Source: Chiloscyllium plagiosum
Lineage: Eukaryota
Length of the DNA stretch: 64,000 nucleotides
Reading direction: 5' to 3'
Assembly: GCF_004010195.1 (NCBI RefSeq)
Contig: NC_057719.1
Span: 65,627,702 to 65,691,701 of the forward strand
Part shown: positions 37,015 to 49,999 of the stretch, piece by piece
Numbering within the stretch: the first letter of the stretch is position 1
Layout of the letters: each line of letters begins with the position of its first letter
Notes under the pieces: model-generated
What the model was told of the DNA's origin: nothing
Seen by the model: the letters and a program-made list of their open reading frames with translations, nothing else
Databases searched by the model: none
Made by a program: the position numbers and the translations under genes

Positions 37015-39207
37015 TTATGGAAATGGAAATCAACTTCATGATTTTACCTGTATATGCAGTGGCTGGTCAACTTCTACGTGTCTATGGCAGCACAAACAGA
37101 AATTATCTGATGTCTGATGTTACACAAGAATGCCTTGATGCCTTGTGGGCTGTAGCTGAAGATACAAGAATTCACTCGAGAGTGTCACAGCAAGCCAGCA
37201 ATCTCCCACACATCTCCAAACTGCTGAGATGACATCCTGAGAAAGTGGCAGTAACCCTGGGTAGCACATTGACCTCTTTCAATGTACAGAATTATGTCTC
37301 TTACTATTGTCACTCCACCAGTGCCATTGTTCTGAAATTAGGACAGAATTAGCACAGACTGCTGACATCCTGAGAGATGGTGCAGACTAAAGCAGAGTCT
37401 CAAAGGACGAGAGCTGCTATAGAGAGGCCTGTAAGGTCATTTGCAATCTTCCCTGGTAAAAGTCAGCAGCCTTCCATTAACCAAGCTACAATTACTGATA
37501 CAGCACTGTGTAGTAGCCCTCGGACAGGCAAAGGCCTATCATATGGAAGACAGGAACAAAGGAAAGAGAGTAATCTGTTCACATTTGAATTAATTACAAT
37601 TGATTGAATTGTTTCAATAGTTTCAATTCTGTCATTGATCAATACTTTGATTTATAAATTTGGTTTACTTTCTTTTTACTTTGTGACTAAGAGGACACTG
37701 TGAAAATCACAAAAGTGGGAATGTGTGATGCAGGACAATTGGTGAGTGGAAAATTGGGTACCATAATTAGTTGAGTCAATCACAGAGAGTCCAGACAGAA
37801 AAGGACTCTATTGGTTGAGATATTGGTTAGTTCTCTCTTTTTCTTCTTTTCCTTATCCCTCTCCTCCTCAGATGTCATTAAGTTGCTGGTGGCAAGGGTT
37901 ATACCCTTGTGATAGGGAGATTGCAGAGTGTGCAATAGACTACTATAAAGCATGATGCACAATCTGTAGACTGCTGCAAGGATCATTCAGAACTGTCAAA
38001 GGAACTGAATCATTGTTTCAGCACTTTACTTGATTGCAATTCTTGTGGTAGCATGGCTTCAATTATATATATGCTGGCCATATATACATGGAGTGCACAA
38101 TTGAGATCAAGAGCCATGTGGTAACTGGATAGCTCTCATTATCCAGTAACTACTCTCTCATTGAGAGAGAAAAGAGAGCTGGCATAGTGAACTGCCACAG
38201 AGACCAAGACATTGTGGCTGCGGCCAGAATATTGGGCACAAGAATGACATGCTACTCTTGAACATACTATGGTGTGGTTCAAGGGACATTTTAATATTGA
38301 AACGTGGTTCTACAAAATGACATTTGTTTAGTCAGTAGCACCCAACACCATGAAACATCCAGCAATCTTCCTATGGATATGTGTTGGCCCACCTGGCCAA
38401 AGAGAATGAAATGCATTCAACTGTCTTAGAATAGAGAGCCTCATTCATATCCCTGAGGGAACAGTAGATGGCCAAATGCTCTAGTCTGGAAGGAACCAGA
38501 TGTATAAACGTTCATGATCATGGCTACCTTTGCAGTCACTTATGAATGCAGCAATTGGCAGATTTCTGTGCGGACATCTTTAGCAAAGTAGAGATATTTG
38601 ACACATTCTCATTCCAGTGCTTTGCCTTTTTGAAGAATATGATCTCCCAATGAAAGGTCTTCCCTCCTTCTCCTCCACACTCAGTGTGACCTGCTGTGGT
38701 CATTCTCCTGTCATGTTGTGCACCTTGAGAGTTTCAAGGAGCAAATGTTTTGTGCACGATCATTGATGGCAGTACAAAACGTCAGCACCTTCCAAACCAC
38801 TTGTAGTTCTCTGCAACACTGAAGCTCAGTACAAAACACCAAACACTTCTCTAAATTCTGAAATCAATCAGTTGATAGAAATCAATCAGTATCGCACCTG
38901 GAGTTAGTTGGAGATCCCTTTAAATAGTATTGGTGGAAGTGGGGAGAAGCAGAACTATTCCCTTTATGCTTGTTTAAAAGAGACCATGAGCTCCAAAGGG
39001 ATACCTTGGTGCACAATCAGTGTTACACAGTAACATACATCATAATCCTACTGATAGGTTTATTTCTGGCCACACTCCCTGTTATTATGCTTGTGTCCTT
39101 CTCAAAGCAACAACTGACAATGTCTGCATGAGAAATGTGCCTGTGCAGAATGGATAACTATTTGGGAACCAAAGCAACAACCATAGTGTCCAAATATCAG
39201 GTGCAGA

Positions 39208-39325
39208 GCGTTCTTATAGCACAGTGGTAATATCCCTACCTCAAGCCAGCAGACCTGGGTTCAAGTCCTACCTTCTCCAGAGGTGTGTGTTTTTCATCTC
39301 CGATCAGGTTGGTTAGAAAATGTCT
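39208..39325 (+). mobile_element. Short tRNA-derived SINE (copies also at ~46628-46742 +, ~2465-2560 -, ~24425-24545 +)
   Basis: tagcacagtggtaa (A box), gggttcaagtcc (B box), ctccagaggtgtgt...ttagaaaat. Confidence 0.6.
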
Positions 39326-39592
39326 GAGCAGAGCTGTATTTTACTGCCAAGAACCTGGTGAATTATCAGTCTTTGTGTGATTTTGCAATGAATTAATAGT
39401 TAAGGCAACAGTTACACCATCATCTGTAGCTACAGTCTTGAAATCGCAAAATTACCTATCTTTCTAGAGTTTTGTCACAAAGTCAACAAATTCATTTTTT
39501 TAGTTAATGGTGGCTATTATAGAAGACATCAAACCGCTAATATAATTAATATTTTTGATACAAGTAGATTATCACATTAGATTGTATCAGTT

Positions 39593-39703
39593 GTTATATA
39601 ATCAATGGAGTTTTATTGGATTATTCATTCATAGTTAATTAACCTGAAAGTTATATAACCAATAGAGTTTTATTGGATTATTCATTCATAGTTGATTAAC
39701 CTG
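39593..39703. repeat. Tandem duplication, 57-bp unit x~1.95
   Basis: gttatataa(t/c)caat(g/a)gagttttattggattattcattcatagtt(a/g)attaacctg occurs twice. Confidence 0.95.
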
Positions 39704-40698
39704 TTAGTTAGTAAAGGGTTGGAAAGATTCTACAAATCCAGAAACCCCTGAGTTAAACAAACAGATTGTAAGACACTTGGTTTGGAGAAATTTAAAAATA
39801 AATATTGTCCATTGTAACTTGCAAGCCTAGAAATGTTTCTTCAAAGAGAAATGTTTCCACATGAGCAACAATAAATTAGTTTCAGGTCAAGATTCAATGT
39901 TTCACTACAATTTTCCTGAAAGCAATATACATCTTCCATCCATCATCTTTTATAGCAGTTTTAAATGGCCCTATATTCGACAAGATACAGTTGAGTTTTG
40001 TGTCCAATCTGCATGCCATTCATCCTGACATGTTCTGTAGATAGGACTTTAATCTAAATATGCAACAGCATTCGTTCGTGGCAAATTGTCTTTTGAGTTT
40101 GTAAAAAAACAAGTTCTGCCAAGGAAGAGTAATACCACGGGTTTGGGACAAAACAACCACCAAAAACAGCTGTATTAATAAATTGATAAATAAATTCACC
40201 AATTTGCAAGCTCCAGAGCTGTGTAAGGGTAGAAGAAATATCAAGTTCGATAAACGTTTCATTCATGAATGAATTGAAGATTTGACTCTTCTTAGCCTTG
40301 CTACTGCTTACCTCTGAACTATTCAAATGCTTCTCTGTGGAAATTACTTTCATAAGCTTTTGTCTGAAAAGAAAACCGGCCGCAACCTGTGTAATGATTT
40401 CTGGCAGTTTGCAAAACCAATGAAATTGAGTGAGGGATCCCTAACCAGAAGCACATGTGCTGAATCAAAAAGAATCCAGAGTTTGCTACATGATCATTGG
40501 CAGGTACCAGCAAGGCATGACGTCCTTTTCAGCAAATGGTAGGTCCTTGTATGTTTGTCTCAATCTCATGTCCACAAAACTCAGGCTGTTAATATGTCCC
40601 TACTGTGCTGTAACTATACATGTACCTTTAAGGGTATGTACCTTAAACTGTTTGTCACTACCCCAATGAGACATAATATAATGCGCAATCCCATGACT

Positions 40699-40844
40699 CT
40701 AGATTAGAGTGGTGCTGGAAAAGTACAGCAGGTCAGGCAGTATCCGAGGAGTAGGCCTCGGATGCTGCCTGACCTGCTGTGCTTTTCCAGCACCACTCTA
40801 ATCTAGATTCTGATTTCCAGCATCTGCAGTCCTCACTTATGCCT
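40699..40844. mobile_element. Short PLE-derived hairpin with 12-bp TSD
   Basis: TSD aatcccatgact at 40687-40698 and 40845-40856; ~50-bp inverted arms. Confidence 0.9.
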
Positions 40845-42024
40845 AATCCCATGACTGCTGACAGAAAAAATCAGCAGTCCTACCAATCAGGCATATCTAC
40901 AATCCTCCCAAAAACCATGATCCGTTTGTAGTCTTATCTTCAAATGAAGGACCCACACAACTGTTTTACCAATCTTTTGCAACAAATAGAAGTATGAAGC
41001 ATCCCCTACAGATGACTGACATAAAATTGAAAGTCCCTGCATCTAAATTTCAACTGAGGCAATCCGGAGTTTGTGTTATAGCTTCAGCAGGAAAAGGGGC
41101 CTTTTTCAAACATTGATGCCATTTCTCCTGGATCCCATTGCTGTTTTGTTAGAAGTTACAGCAGGAATTCTGGGAAAACTCCACCCCAGCCACCCCTCCC
41201 CCTCCACCCCTTGAAAATTCAACACTGGTATTTGTCAATTCCTCTGCAGTTTACATAAATGCCAAGCAACTTGATCATCGAGTGTTTCTTCACATGAGAT
41301 GTTTCAAATACTGGCATGTGTCACCTTGATGAACAGGAAGCAAAGCAAACCTCATGTAAAAAGCAGAGGCCAAACCAAACTACCCATAGAAATAATTTGT
41401 GACTTCCATTTTCAGGATAAGGGGACGTACATGATCAGGAAAAACTGTCACAGAACAGAATGAAAAGCATGGCAGAAAGTTAAAGACAGAGGGTCTGAAA
41501 GTGACAAAAAGAAATTCTGCCTGATCCAAAGTGCAGCAACTTAGCCATGCTCTGCATGAACTCTTTCACTTTCAGTGTGCTATGACTTAGAGAAACCCTT
41601 GTTTATGAAAAAAACACTCCAATTGCACAACAAATCTTCAATGAGTTCTTCCAAGGAGCTACTCCAGGTATTTCTACATACTTTGGTATAAATCCATTTT
41701 CCATAACCCCTTCAAACGTTAAGTCCCGCAACCAATGTTAAATATAGATTTTTGTTAACATAAGCAGTAAGAGTGGGAGAGATTCTTCGTCAACCACATA
41801 AAGGGAAGAAAATTAGAGCCACTCCCATCATTATCCATTGCTTCAACTACAATATGCATGTAAACATATATGTGGCCACAGCTACACAGACTCACTGAGT
41901 GAACTACTGCAGACTAATGCCACACTGTAATGTGTGATTTAATTAGAGAAAACTTAGTGATAAAGGGGCCATTGACCTTTCCTACGGATATCAAGAGATT
42001 AAAGCTGGCAGCTTCAAAACATGG

Positions 42025-42201
42025 CAGAGGTGAGTATTGCAGATGCTGGAGATTAGAGTCCAGATTAGAGTCGTGCTGGAAAAGCACAGCAGGTCAGGCA
42101 GCATCTGAGGAGGAGGAAAATCAATGTTTCGGTCAAAAGCCCTTCATCAGGATGCTGCCTGACCTGCTGTGCTTTTCCAGCACCACTCTACTCTGGACTT
42201 G
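42025..42201. mobile_element. Short PLE-derived hairpin with 15-bp TSD
   Basis: TSD agcttcaaaacatgg at 42010-42024 and 42202-42216. Confidence 0.9.
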
Positions 42202-42549
42202 AGCTTCAAAACATGGTCATGGTAGGAATGACAATGGGTTTTCTAGTAACCATTGCTCTTAGCTTTGCTGAACTTCGCTCTCCAATTTGAAACTGAGTAT
42301 GTGCATTGAAACTAGTGAGTTCTTATAAGCACTGATGGGAAGTCACTTCAATTTTAGAATTCACTAATGCGCATGGTCCTAATTAAACTAACTGACAGAA
42401 AGTTAAAAGTTTGAGTCCAGTCTTTTTCTTTTGTTGACTCTTTCCCAATTTAAAAGCAACATTTGCAGAGGGTCAAATAGTGCGAAAGACTAAAAGGTGT
42501 AGAAGTTAACCATTTGGAACACTGGTTTGACTTCAACTGGGACAGAGGC

Positions 42550-43470
42550 AAAGGCATTGGAGAAAGTGCAAAAAAGTGAAGAACATGTTTAAGAATGGTT
42601 CCTTGTTTGATGAACTTGGACGGATCGGAGAAGTTGGAATAGTTTTCCTTGAAAAAGGTTGAGGGGAGATTTGGTAGCAATATCTAAAATCAAGAGGGTC
42701 AGAAAGACTATCGAGAACCAGAGGGCGCAGTGTTAAGATAATGGTAATATGAGGAGCAAGTTTCTTTTTTATGTAGCAAGTATTAAATGTTAAAAACTAA
42801 ATGTGCAAGAGTGTAATGAATAAAGGTTCAATCAAGGGTAAGGTAGATGAGGTGGGAAACCTCACAACCTTTAAAGAGTACATTCATAAACACTTGAAGC
42901 GATATAAGACTCGAGACTATGGGCCTAGTGCAGGAAAATGAGACCAGTGTCATAAGGCGGCACGGTGGCACAGTGGTTAGCACTGCTGCCTCACAGCGCC
43001 TGAGACCCGGGTTCAATTCCCGACTCAGGCGACTGACTGTGTGGAGTTTGCATGTTCTCCCCGTGTCTGCGTGGGTTTCCTCCGGGTGCTCCGGTTTCCT
43101 CCCACAGTCCAAAGATGTGCAGGTCAGGTGAATTGGCTATGCTAAATTGTCCGTAGTGTTAGGTAAGGGATAAATGTAGGGGTATGGGTGCGTTGCGCTT
43201 TGGCGGGGCGGTGTGGACTTGTTGGGCCGAAGGGCCTGTTTCCACACTGTAAGTAATCTAATTTTCGATGATACAGATTTGATGGGCTGAAGACCGTCTT
43301 CTGTTATATGAGTCTATGAAAGCATTCAAGAGGGAATTAAATTGAAAGGAAAGAATGGCCAAGGTTATAGAGAGAAAGCGAGGGAATGGCAATAGGTATA
43401 ACTCTCCTTTTGCAGAGCTGGCATAGACACAATGGACAAAATGGCCTCCTTTTGTGCTCTAATAATTCTA
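42550..43470 (+). mobile_element. Old CR1 3' ends hosting the SINE at 42956
   Basis: agaagttggaatagttttccttg...aggttgaggggagatttg; 3' UTR-like endings. Confidence 0.7.
42956..43260 (+). mobile_element. Young HE1-type SINE
   Basis: ggcggcacggtggcacagtggttagcactgctgcctcacagcgcc...gggttcaattcc; CR1-like tail. Confidence 0.92.
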
Positions 43471-43491
43471 TCAAGTGCATTCATCAATTTG

Positions 43492-43650
43492 GAGAAAGTG
43501 AGGACTGTAGATGCCAGAAATCAGAGTCGAGGTGTAGTGCTGGAAAAGCACAGCAGTTCAGGCAGCATCCGAGGAGCAGGGGAATTGATGTTTTCAGCAT
43601 GAGCCTGATGAAGAGCTGATGCCCAAAACATCAATTCTCCTGCTCCTCGT
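43492..43650. mobile_element. Short inverted PLE-derived element with 13-bp TSD
   Basis: TSD attcatcaatttg at 43479-43491 and 43651-43663. Confidence 0.9.
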
Positions 43651-44514
43651 ATTCATCAATTTGTAAATGTCAGCCTTGTGTGTGCCTATGAATAAATACT
43701 TGAACTTGTGGAGTATTCTACACTATACCTGGTCATGGCACTGTGCACTGCTTATGACTTGGCACAGTTTGAAGTGAAACAGCTGCAGGTTACAGTATAA
43801 ATGGGACTATATAAAACTTACAAATCAAAATAGCTTCAGACACATTTTTATTTACTTAAAAAGTAGTTTTAAGTCATTTTTAAAATTTCAATCCTCTAAT
43901 GGAACCGTCAGTCATCACCAGAGTGGCTTCCAAAGTCAACAATCAAACTTTGCAAGAATGATCAAACTTACCAAATATATATACTCTACTCTGAATTATC
44001 CAAGCACCTTCTTACAAGAGCACATTTTGCGGATGTGAAGAAGGCTTTTGAAACTATATCTAATAACACACATTTAACAAACTTTTTTACCCCGTGTTTA
44101 GGTCCAAATTTGATTTCTTTTTAGCTAAGTAACTAAAGGCAAACGTTTCAAAACTCTGAGGCAGTTACAGCAAGATTTCCAGCTTAGTTTCTTTGCTGAA
44201 TTCCCCCTAGTGAAATGCACAGAAATATATTGATGTTTAGCTGAACTCGCACACTCATTCATTGGGATTGACAAACCCTTTTCTAAACCATTACCTGCAT
44301 TACAGCAACATGTTGCATCTTTTCTGGAGAACAACTGCCTATCATTTTTCAGATTTATCTTGTTCATCATAAAATCCCTACAGTGCAGAAAGAGGCTGTT
44401 CAACCCATTAAATCTGCACTGACCCTCTGAAGAGCATTCCACCCAAACCCAGCCCCTTAACCTATCCCACTAACTCCACATTTTACCATAGGCTCCTTCA
44501 AAAATAGCATATTG

Positions 44515-45590
44515 ATTTGATTTGGTATTTTATTATTACATGAACAGAGATACAGCGAAAAGTATTGTTTTGCATGCTATCCAGACAAATCATAATTTAC
44601 ACACGTGCATCAGTATGATTGAACAGAATGCAGAATACAGTGTTACAGCAACAGAGAAGGTGCAGGGAACATTCAAATCTAATACATGAAAGATCCATTC
44701 ATAAGTCTGATAATAGTGGAGAAGAAGCTGTTCTTGAATCTGTTGGTGTGTGTTTTCAACCTTTTGTATCTTCTGCTCAATCTAAGAGGGTGGAAGAGAG
44801 TATAACCAGAGTGGGCGGGGTTTTTGATTATATTGGCTGCTTTCCCTAGGCAACGGGAAGTATAGATGGATTCAATGGATGGAAGGCTGGTTTTTTGTGA
44901 TAGACTGGGCTCACAACCTTTACAACTGTTTGTAATTTCTTGCGGTCTTCGGCTGAGCAGTTGCCAAACCAAGCTATGATGCATTGGATAGGATACTTTC
45001 TGTGGTGCATCCATGAAACTTAGTAAATCATTTTGGAAATGCTGAATTTCCTTAACCTTCTGAGGAAGTAGAGGCGTTGGTGTGCTTTCTTTGCTATAGC
45101 ATCGAAGTGGATGGACCAGGACAGATTGTTGGTGATATTAACTCCGAGGAACTTTAAGATCTTGACCACCCCCACCTCAGCACTATTGATACAGATGGGG
45201 GCATGTCCCCCACTCTGCCTCCTGACGTCGATGACCAGCTTCTTCCTCTTGCTGACATTGAGGGAGAGATCATTGTCTTTACACCATGGCACCAAGCTCT
45301 CTATCTCTTTCCTGTACTCTGTCTCATAATTTTTGAGATTCAACCAACTATGGTGATGGTGTCATTAGAAAATTTGTAAGTAGAGTTAGAGTTGATTAAG
45401 GCACACTGCCTGATCTTGCCTTGGCACCAGGATGAGTGTGGTCTTCTTGAAGCAGATCAGAGCCTCACATCGTAGTAAGGAGAGGTTAAATATTTCTGCA
45501 GATACTCATGCCAGCTGGTCTGTGCAGGACCTGAGCACATAGCTGGGAACGCCACCTGGGCCAGTCACTTGCCATGGGTTCACTGTACAA
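44515..45590 (-). mobile_element. Rex1/Babar-type LINE 3' part
   Basis: WCKDNDLSLNVSK...KFLGVNITNNLSW...KKAHQRLYFLRRLRKF; TNRFKNSFF. Confidence 0.85.
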
Positions 45591-46759
45591 GTACATTCAC
45601 ATCATGGACTGCAGTAGTTCTTCAAGGTGGGCCTTCACCATATTCCCAATGGGTAATTAAGGAAGGCAATAAATTCTGTCCATGACAGCAAGGCCCAAAT
45701 CCTGTGAATAACGAAAAAAGAATATGTTGAGCAAATGAACAGCAGTATTGCCTTGGAGATGGCTAAAGAAGAACTTGGGAAGAAAAAGAGATGACAAAAT
45801 GTTGAAACTCTTTATTTGTTTCAAATAATGCAACAAGATAACTAACTTCACTAGGTTTATTCAAATATTCAGATATTATCATCAAGACAAAACCGAAGCA
45901 AAAGAATTTCCTTTCATTTTTCACAATTTGAAAGCATATTCATTATTGTGCTTTCTTCTTGTTTCACTTGCAATATCTCAAAGGTTTAGTCAATGAATAT
46001 TTTAATACTGTATTTTACTTCTTACAATAGTAATCAGCCATGCTTGTTTTAAGGTTTAGCCTGGATAATGATGTGTTAACATAAGTTGTCAAGTTCATTG
46101 AAAGGTAATGCTATGAATAGACATTTCACCATCCCAGTGTGATATAGACAAGATGAATTCTTGAATTGTTGATTCCTAGTTTACATGAAGGTTACACAAA
46201 GCCCTTTGATGTGAGATATTAAAAACTAAGTAAACGCTGGCTTTGACAGGAAGTCAGTTTTCTTAGACAACTATCAGTTGATTTTGGTTAAGAATCCTAA
46301 ACTTTAAAGTTATCTTTTTGTGGTCACTTAAAATCACTATGCTGTATGCCAATAGGGCTCAAAGTCACTTTTTCTCTTTTCTCCAATGAATCATGCCCAT
46401 TTATTTAGCTAGAATTTTACAATTTGAAAATAACTCAAGAATTTCTCGGCTGAACACAAGAAAGAAAGAACCCAAGCAAGTAATTTCTGCCCATCCGGGG
46501 CTTTTGAATATAGCCACAATATTATTACTTTACCTCGCCATTTTTGGTATTGATAGAGCAACATCAGGAATGAAGAGGACCTGCATGAGGTGATGGTGAC
46601 ACCAGCAGATGAAGGCAAAATTTGAGGGCTCTTGTGGGGCATTCGTAGTGTCCCTATCTGTGAGCCTGGAGGCCCAGGTTCAAATCCCACTTGCTCCAGA
46701 GGTATGTAATAATGTTTCTGAACAGTTTGATTAGAAAATGTCTATAAAGGCACAATGCA

Positions 46760-47470
46760 AGGGTGGAATTTACAGGAGTTTGGAATTGAATACAACAGAA
46801 AGATAGCACAATGTGAATTCAGGTGATTAAAGGCTCCCCTGCTGTTTGAAGATGCCTTCATTAATTGTACTGAAGCTGAAAAGAGATTCCCTTCTCCAGA
46901 AATGGATGGAACAGATCTGATATTGATACACTGGTGGTTACTTAGGACACCACTCTGTCATGCTTCTGGATTCAGTGTAGGAAGCTCTTTAATACTTTAA
47001 CTGGACTGGGAAAGAAGAGTACAGTTGCATACTCACAGATTCCCTACTCCATGTCAAGCTGCTCTATGACATCATTCACACGCACATTTACCTAGCAAGC
47101 ACATCTCTCTTTCCATGTCCTTTCTTACATTTGCATCAATCAATCCACCACTGCGATTGACTCTCATTATCACTTCACATGTCTCATTGATAGTCACTCC
47201 CATATTTCAAACATACAGCATCCAATAATAAACACATGTTGTTAGTGTCACTATATAGTTCTGTTGTTTCTCATCTTCCCCATGGCATAGCATCCCAAGA
47301 GAACAGGCCATAAAGCATCAAGGACAATGAGCTGACTGGTTTGGGTTTCCACAGAACTCCCAGCTCACAACTGTAGAGAGATGATGGGGTTAATTAGTGG
47401 GATCTCGATTTCCCTGACACTGGAGACTCAGAGGTGAGGAATTCTTGCCACCTGGTGACAAGACAACACT
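46760..47470 (+). mobile_element. Highly decayed Harbinger Myb/SANT-like fragment
   Basis: WIQCRKLFNTLTGLGK at ~46967-47015. Confidence 0.4.
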
Positions 47471-49319
47471 TAGTCAAGTTGACTTGCTGTTTACAACATG
47501 TGGAATATGGTCAATGTTCACAATGATGAATTCAAATATTCTTACCTTTCTTTTATCGCTTGCAAGGCTATCAGGTGACCAGCTGTAGGCTGAGGCTGCT
47601 ACCATTGACTCTTCAAAGAACCTCACTCCCTCTGAAGGTGAACCGTTACCTGACTTTTGCAGATGTTGAACCAGCTTCGACATTCACACTTTGGTGCACA
47701 TTAAAAGCTAGCCTTTTGTGTAAAAGCATATACTTTTATTTATGAACTTTGTGGTTAGAGCAGCCTTGCTCTTAACAGTTCATGAAAATGCAGAAGATCC
47801 CCTTCAACATGAGCTTTTAGAAGATAAAATTAATAAAGATACTCTGTGTTTCATTGTGAACCTACAAAGTGTAGTTTGTGAAATAATACCAAAATTGAAC
47901 TGAAATACATCTTTTGGTCCAGGGATCAGCTGGATTAAGATTTCATTTGTTCACTTTTTCTGTTTCTGAGTTTTGTTTTGCTCTACTTTGAGCTTTCTTG
48001 GTTTAAATATGCACTACTTTGTGATATGCGTTGACAAAGTGGAAAAGATGTCTAAGTAATATTTACGTCTATCTCAGATTGACCTGATAATATTTAGTTT
48101 GTTGTGTGAGGCTTGCACGTTCTTTGTTACAAGGTGAACACTTGTGTTCCTGAGAACTTAAGCTCCAGAAATATTTCTCTTGTGAAGTCTCATCCTGCTG
48201 ATAGTTGCAGGACCTTTCAGGTATCTCACTGTGTGACTGATTCAAAGGCTGCATTTCATCATTTCTATTATCACATTCTTCCTATTTAAAACCAGAGTTT
48301 GCTAATTATTTGAAATGAAACATGTCAATTTCCAAGTTTTTTTAACGAGGGTGTGTAAGTGACACGGTGTGAATATCAAAATTGTGTGCCAGTTGAATGC
48401 TTGAAATAAGTTATCAATACCTTAGAGGCATTGCGTTTTTTTTTGGTTTGAAGAATGGTTGTATCTCTCAGCTTGGCTTTGTGACCTGAACCATTTGTAA
48501 ACATTGAAAGGGCAGTGTTTACCTGACTCCTGAATTATTCATGCTTAAAGACAATATGGCAGACTGTTAGATATTATACAAAACAGCCCCAAAGTATGCA
48601 CACAAAAATCCAGCTGAAGAAATTTTCAAACAGACCCAGCAACACGGACCATTGCTCTGAATTGAACAGAAGGAGGGAGTTTTATTTCAATAGTTAAATC
48701 TGAGCTCACTTTAGATTCCCCCAGTGCCATTTTCAGGTAGCAATGAGAACATCTGTCCAGTGTAAGAAGGCACCCTTTGAAGAATGAGAAAGCAGTAGAT
48801 GGAGATGAATTGGAATAAATAGTTAGAAAGACAACTGATGTATTAGGTAACGTGTCAGTTACAAAGTTAATTTATACCACTCAATGAGAAACATAATGGA
48901 ATATGGGAAATCGTTTTGTGTCGCAAAAGATACAATGTAAGGATCTATTGTAAAAATTAATTATTCTGAAAAAGTTCACATTGGAGTGTATTAATCTCCA
49001 CCTGATTTGTTAATGTTATGCTGAATTGCATGATGTTAAGAATATCTTAGGATCTTGTCAATTGAAGGCCCACATCTACAGGTCTCCTTATAGTCTTACT
49101 TAAATGTTCAGCTAATGAATGTAAATAACTGCTATTAGGTGTAATAGTGATGGCCTGGAGGTATTATTGCTAGACTATTAATCCAAAAGCTCAGCTAATG
49201 TCTCGGGGACCCAGGTTTGAATCCTGTCATGGCAAATGGTAGAATTTGAATTCAACTTTTAAAATCTGGAATTAAGAATCTACTGATGATCATGAAAACA
49301 CTGCTGATTGTCCGAAAAC

Positions 49320-49985
49320 CCCTGAAAGGGATAGAAATATGAAAAGGATAGAAATGGATTGCAGGGCAGAACAGAAGAAAAGCTGAATAAGTGATAATAA
49401 GAACTAAGAGTAGGAGAACATGGGTGAGCTGTACTGAATGAAATCCATCTAATGTGATAATGGGCCTAGGGGTATGGGGAAATGGGTGACTGTGATAAAA
49501 GTAACCCATGTCATTCCAGGACTGGGTATGGCATGGGTAAAAAACATGGAAGAAGGATGGATTCAGGCTTGATAGTAAATTAACTCGATGTTGAGTCCTA
49601 GAGACTGCGCAGTCCCCAAACAGAAAATGTGATGTTGTTTTTCCCGCTTGTGCTGAGGCTCACTGAAACACTGCAGTGGGCCTGCAACAGAAATGTTGCT
49701 GTGGGAACATGATAGTGTGTTGAAGAGGCAGGTGTGATGATGCTGCCCCTTTAACAAGGTTATGTTGACATTGATTTTGTTTCAAGAGGTGTAGCTTCGT
49801 CACACAGGCAATTGGAAGCTCAGGGTCATTTTTATCCACAGCAGTGATTTCAATGTACTTCATTCAATATAGTCTATTGTACTCGCTGCTCACAACACGG
49901 TATCTGCTACAATAGAGAGGTGATACATCGACTAGATGACTGCTTTGCAGAACACCTACGTTCGGTCTGCAAAAGATAACCCTGA
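49320..49985. mobile_element. Old PLE GIY-YIG fragment in two oppositely oriented pieces
   Basis: - strand HIFCLGTAQSLGLNIE; + strand FQCTSFNIVYCTRCS...RLDDCFAEHLRSV. Confidence 0.7.
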
Positions 49986-49999
49986 CTGTTTATCTGACA

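Larger units (their letters stand above)
35130..39180. mobile_element. Decayed PIF/Harbinger transposon with convergent Myb/SANT ORF (+) and transposase (-); ends approximate
   Basis: + strand ~35360-35535: ALDVLLQGMKRNKDVFFP...AVSASSLTLKTCLQCLKKLKDL. - strand ~38610-38470: ECVKYLYFAKDVRTEICQLL...KVAMIMNVYTSGSFQ. Charged tail at ~37860. Confidence 0.65.

Noticed and set aside
42956..43030. tRNA gene
   Set aside because: It is the tRNA-derived head of a SINE and continues into the SINE body and tail.
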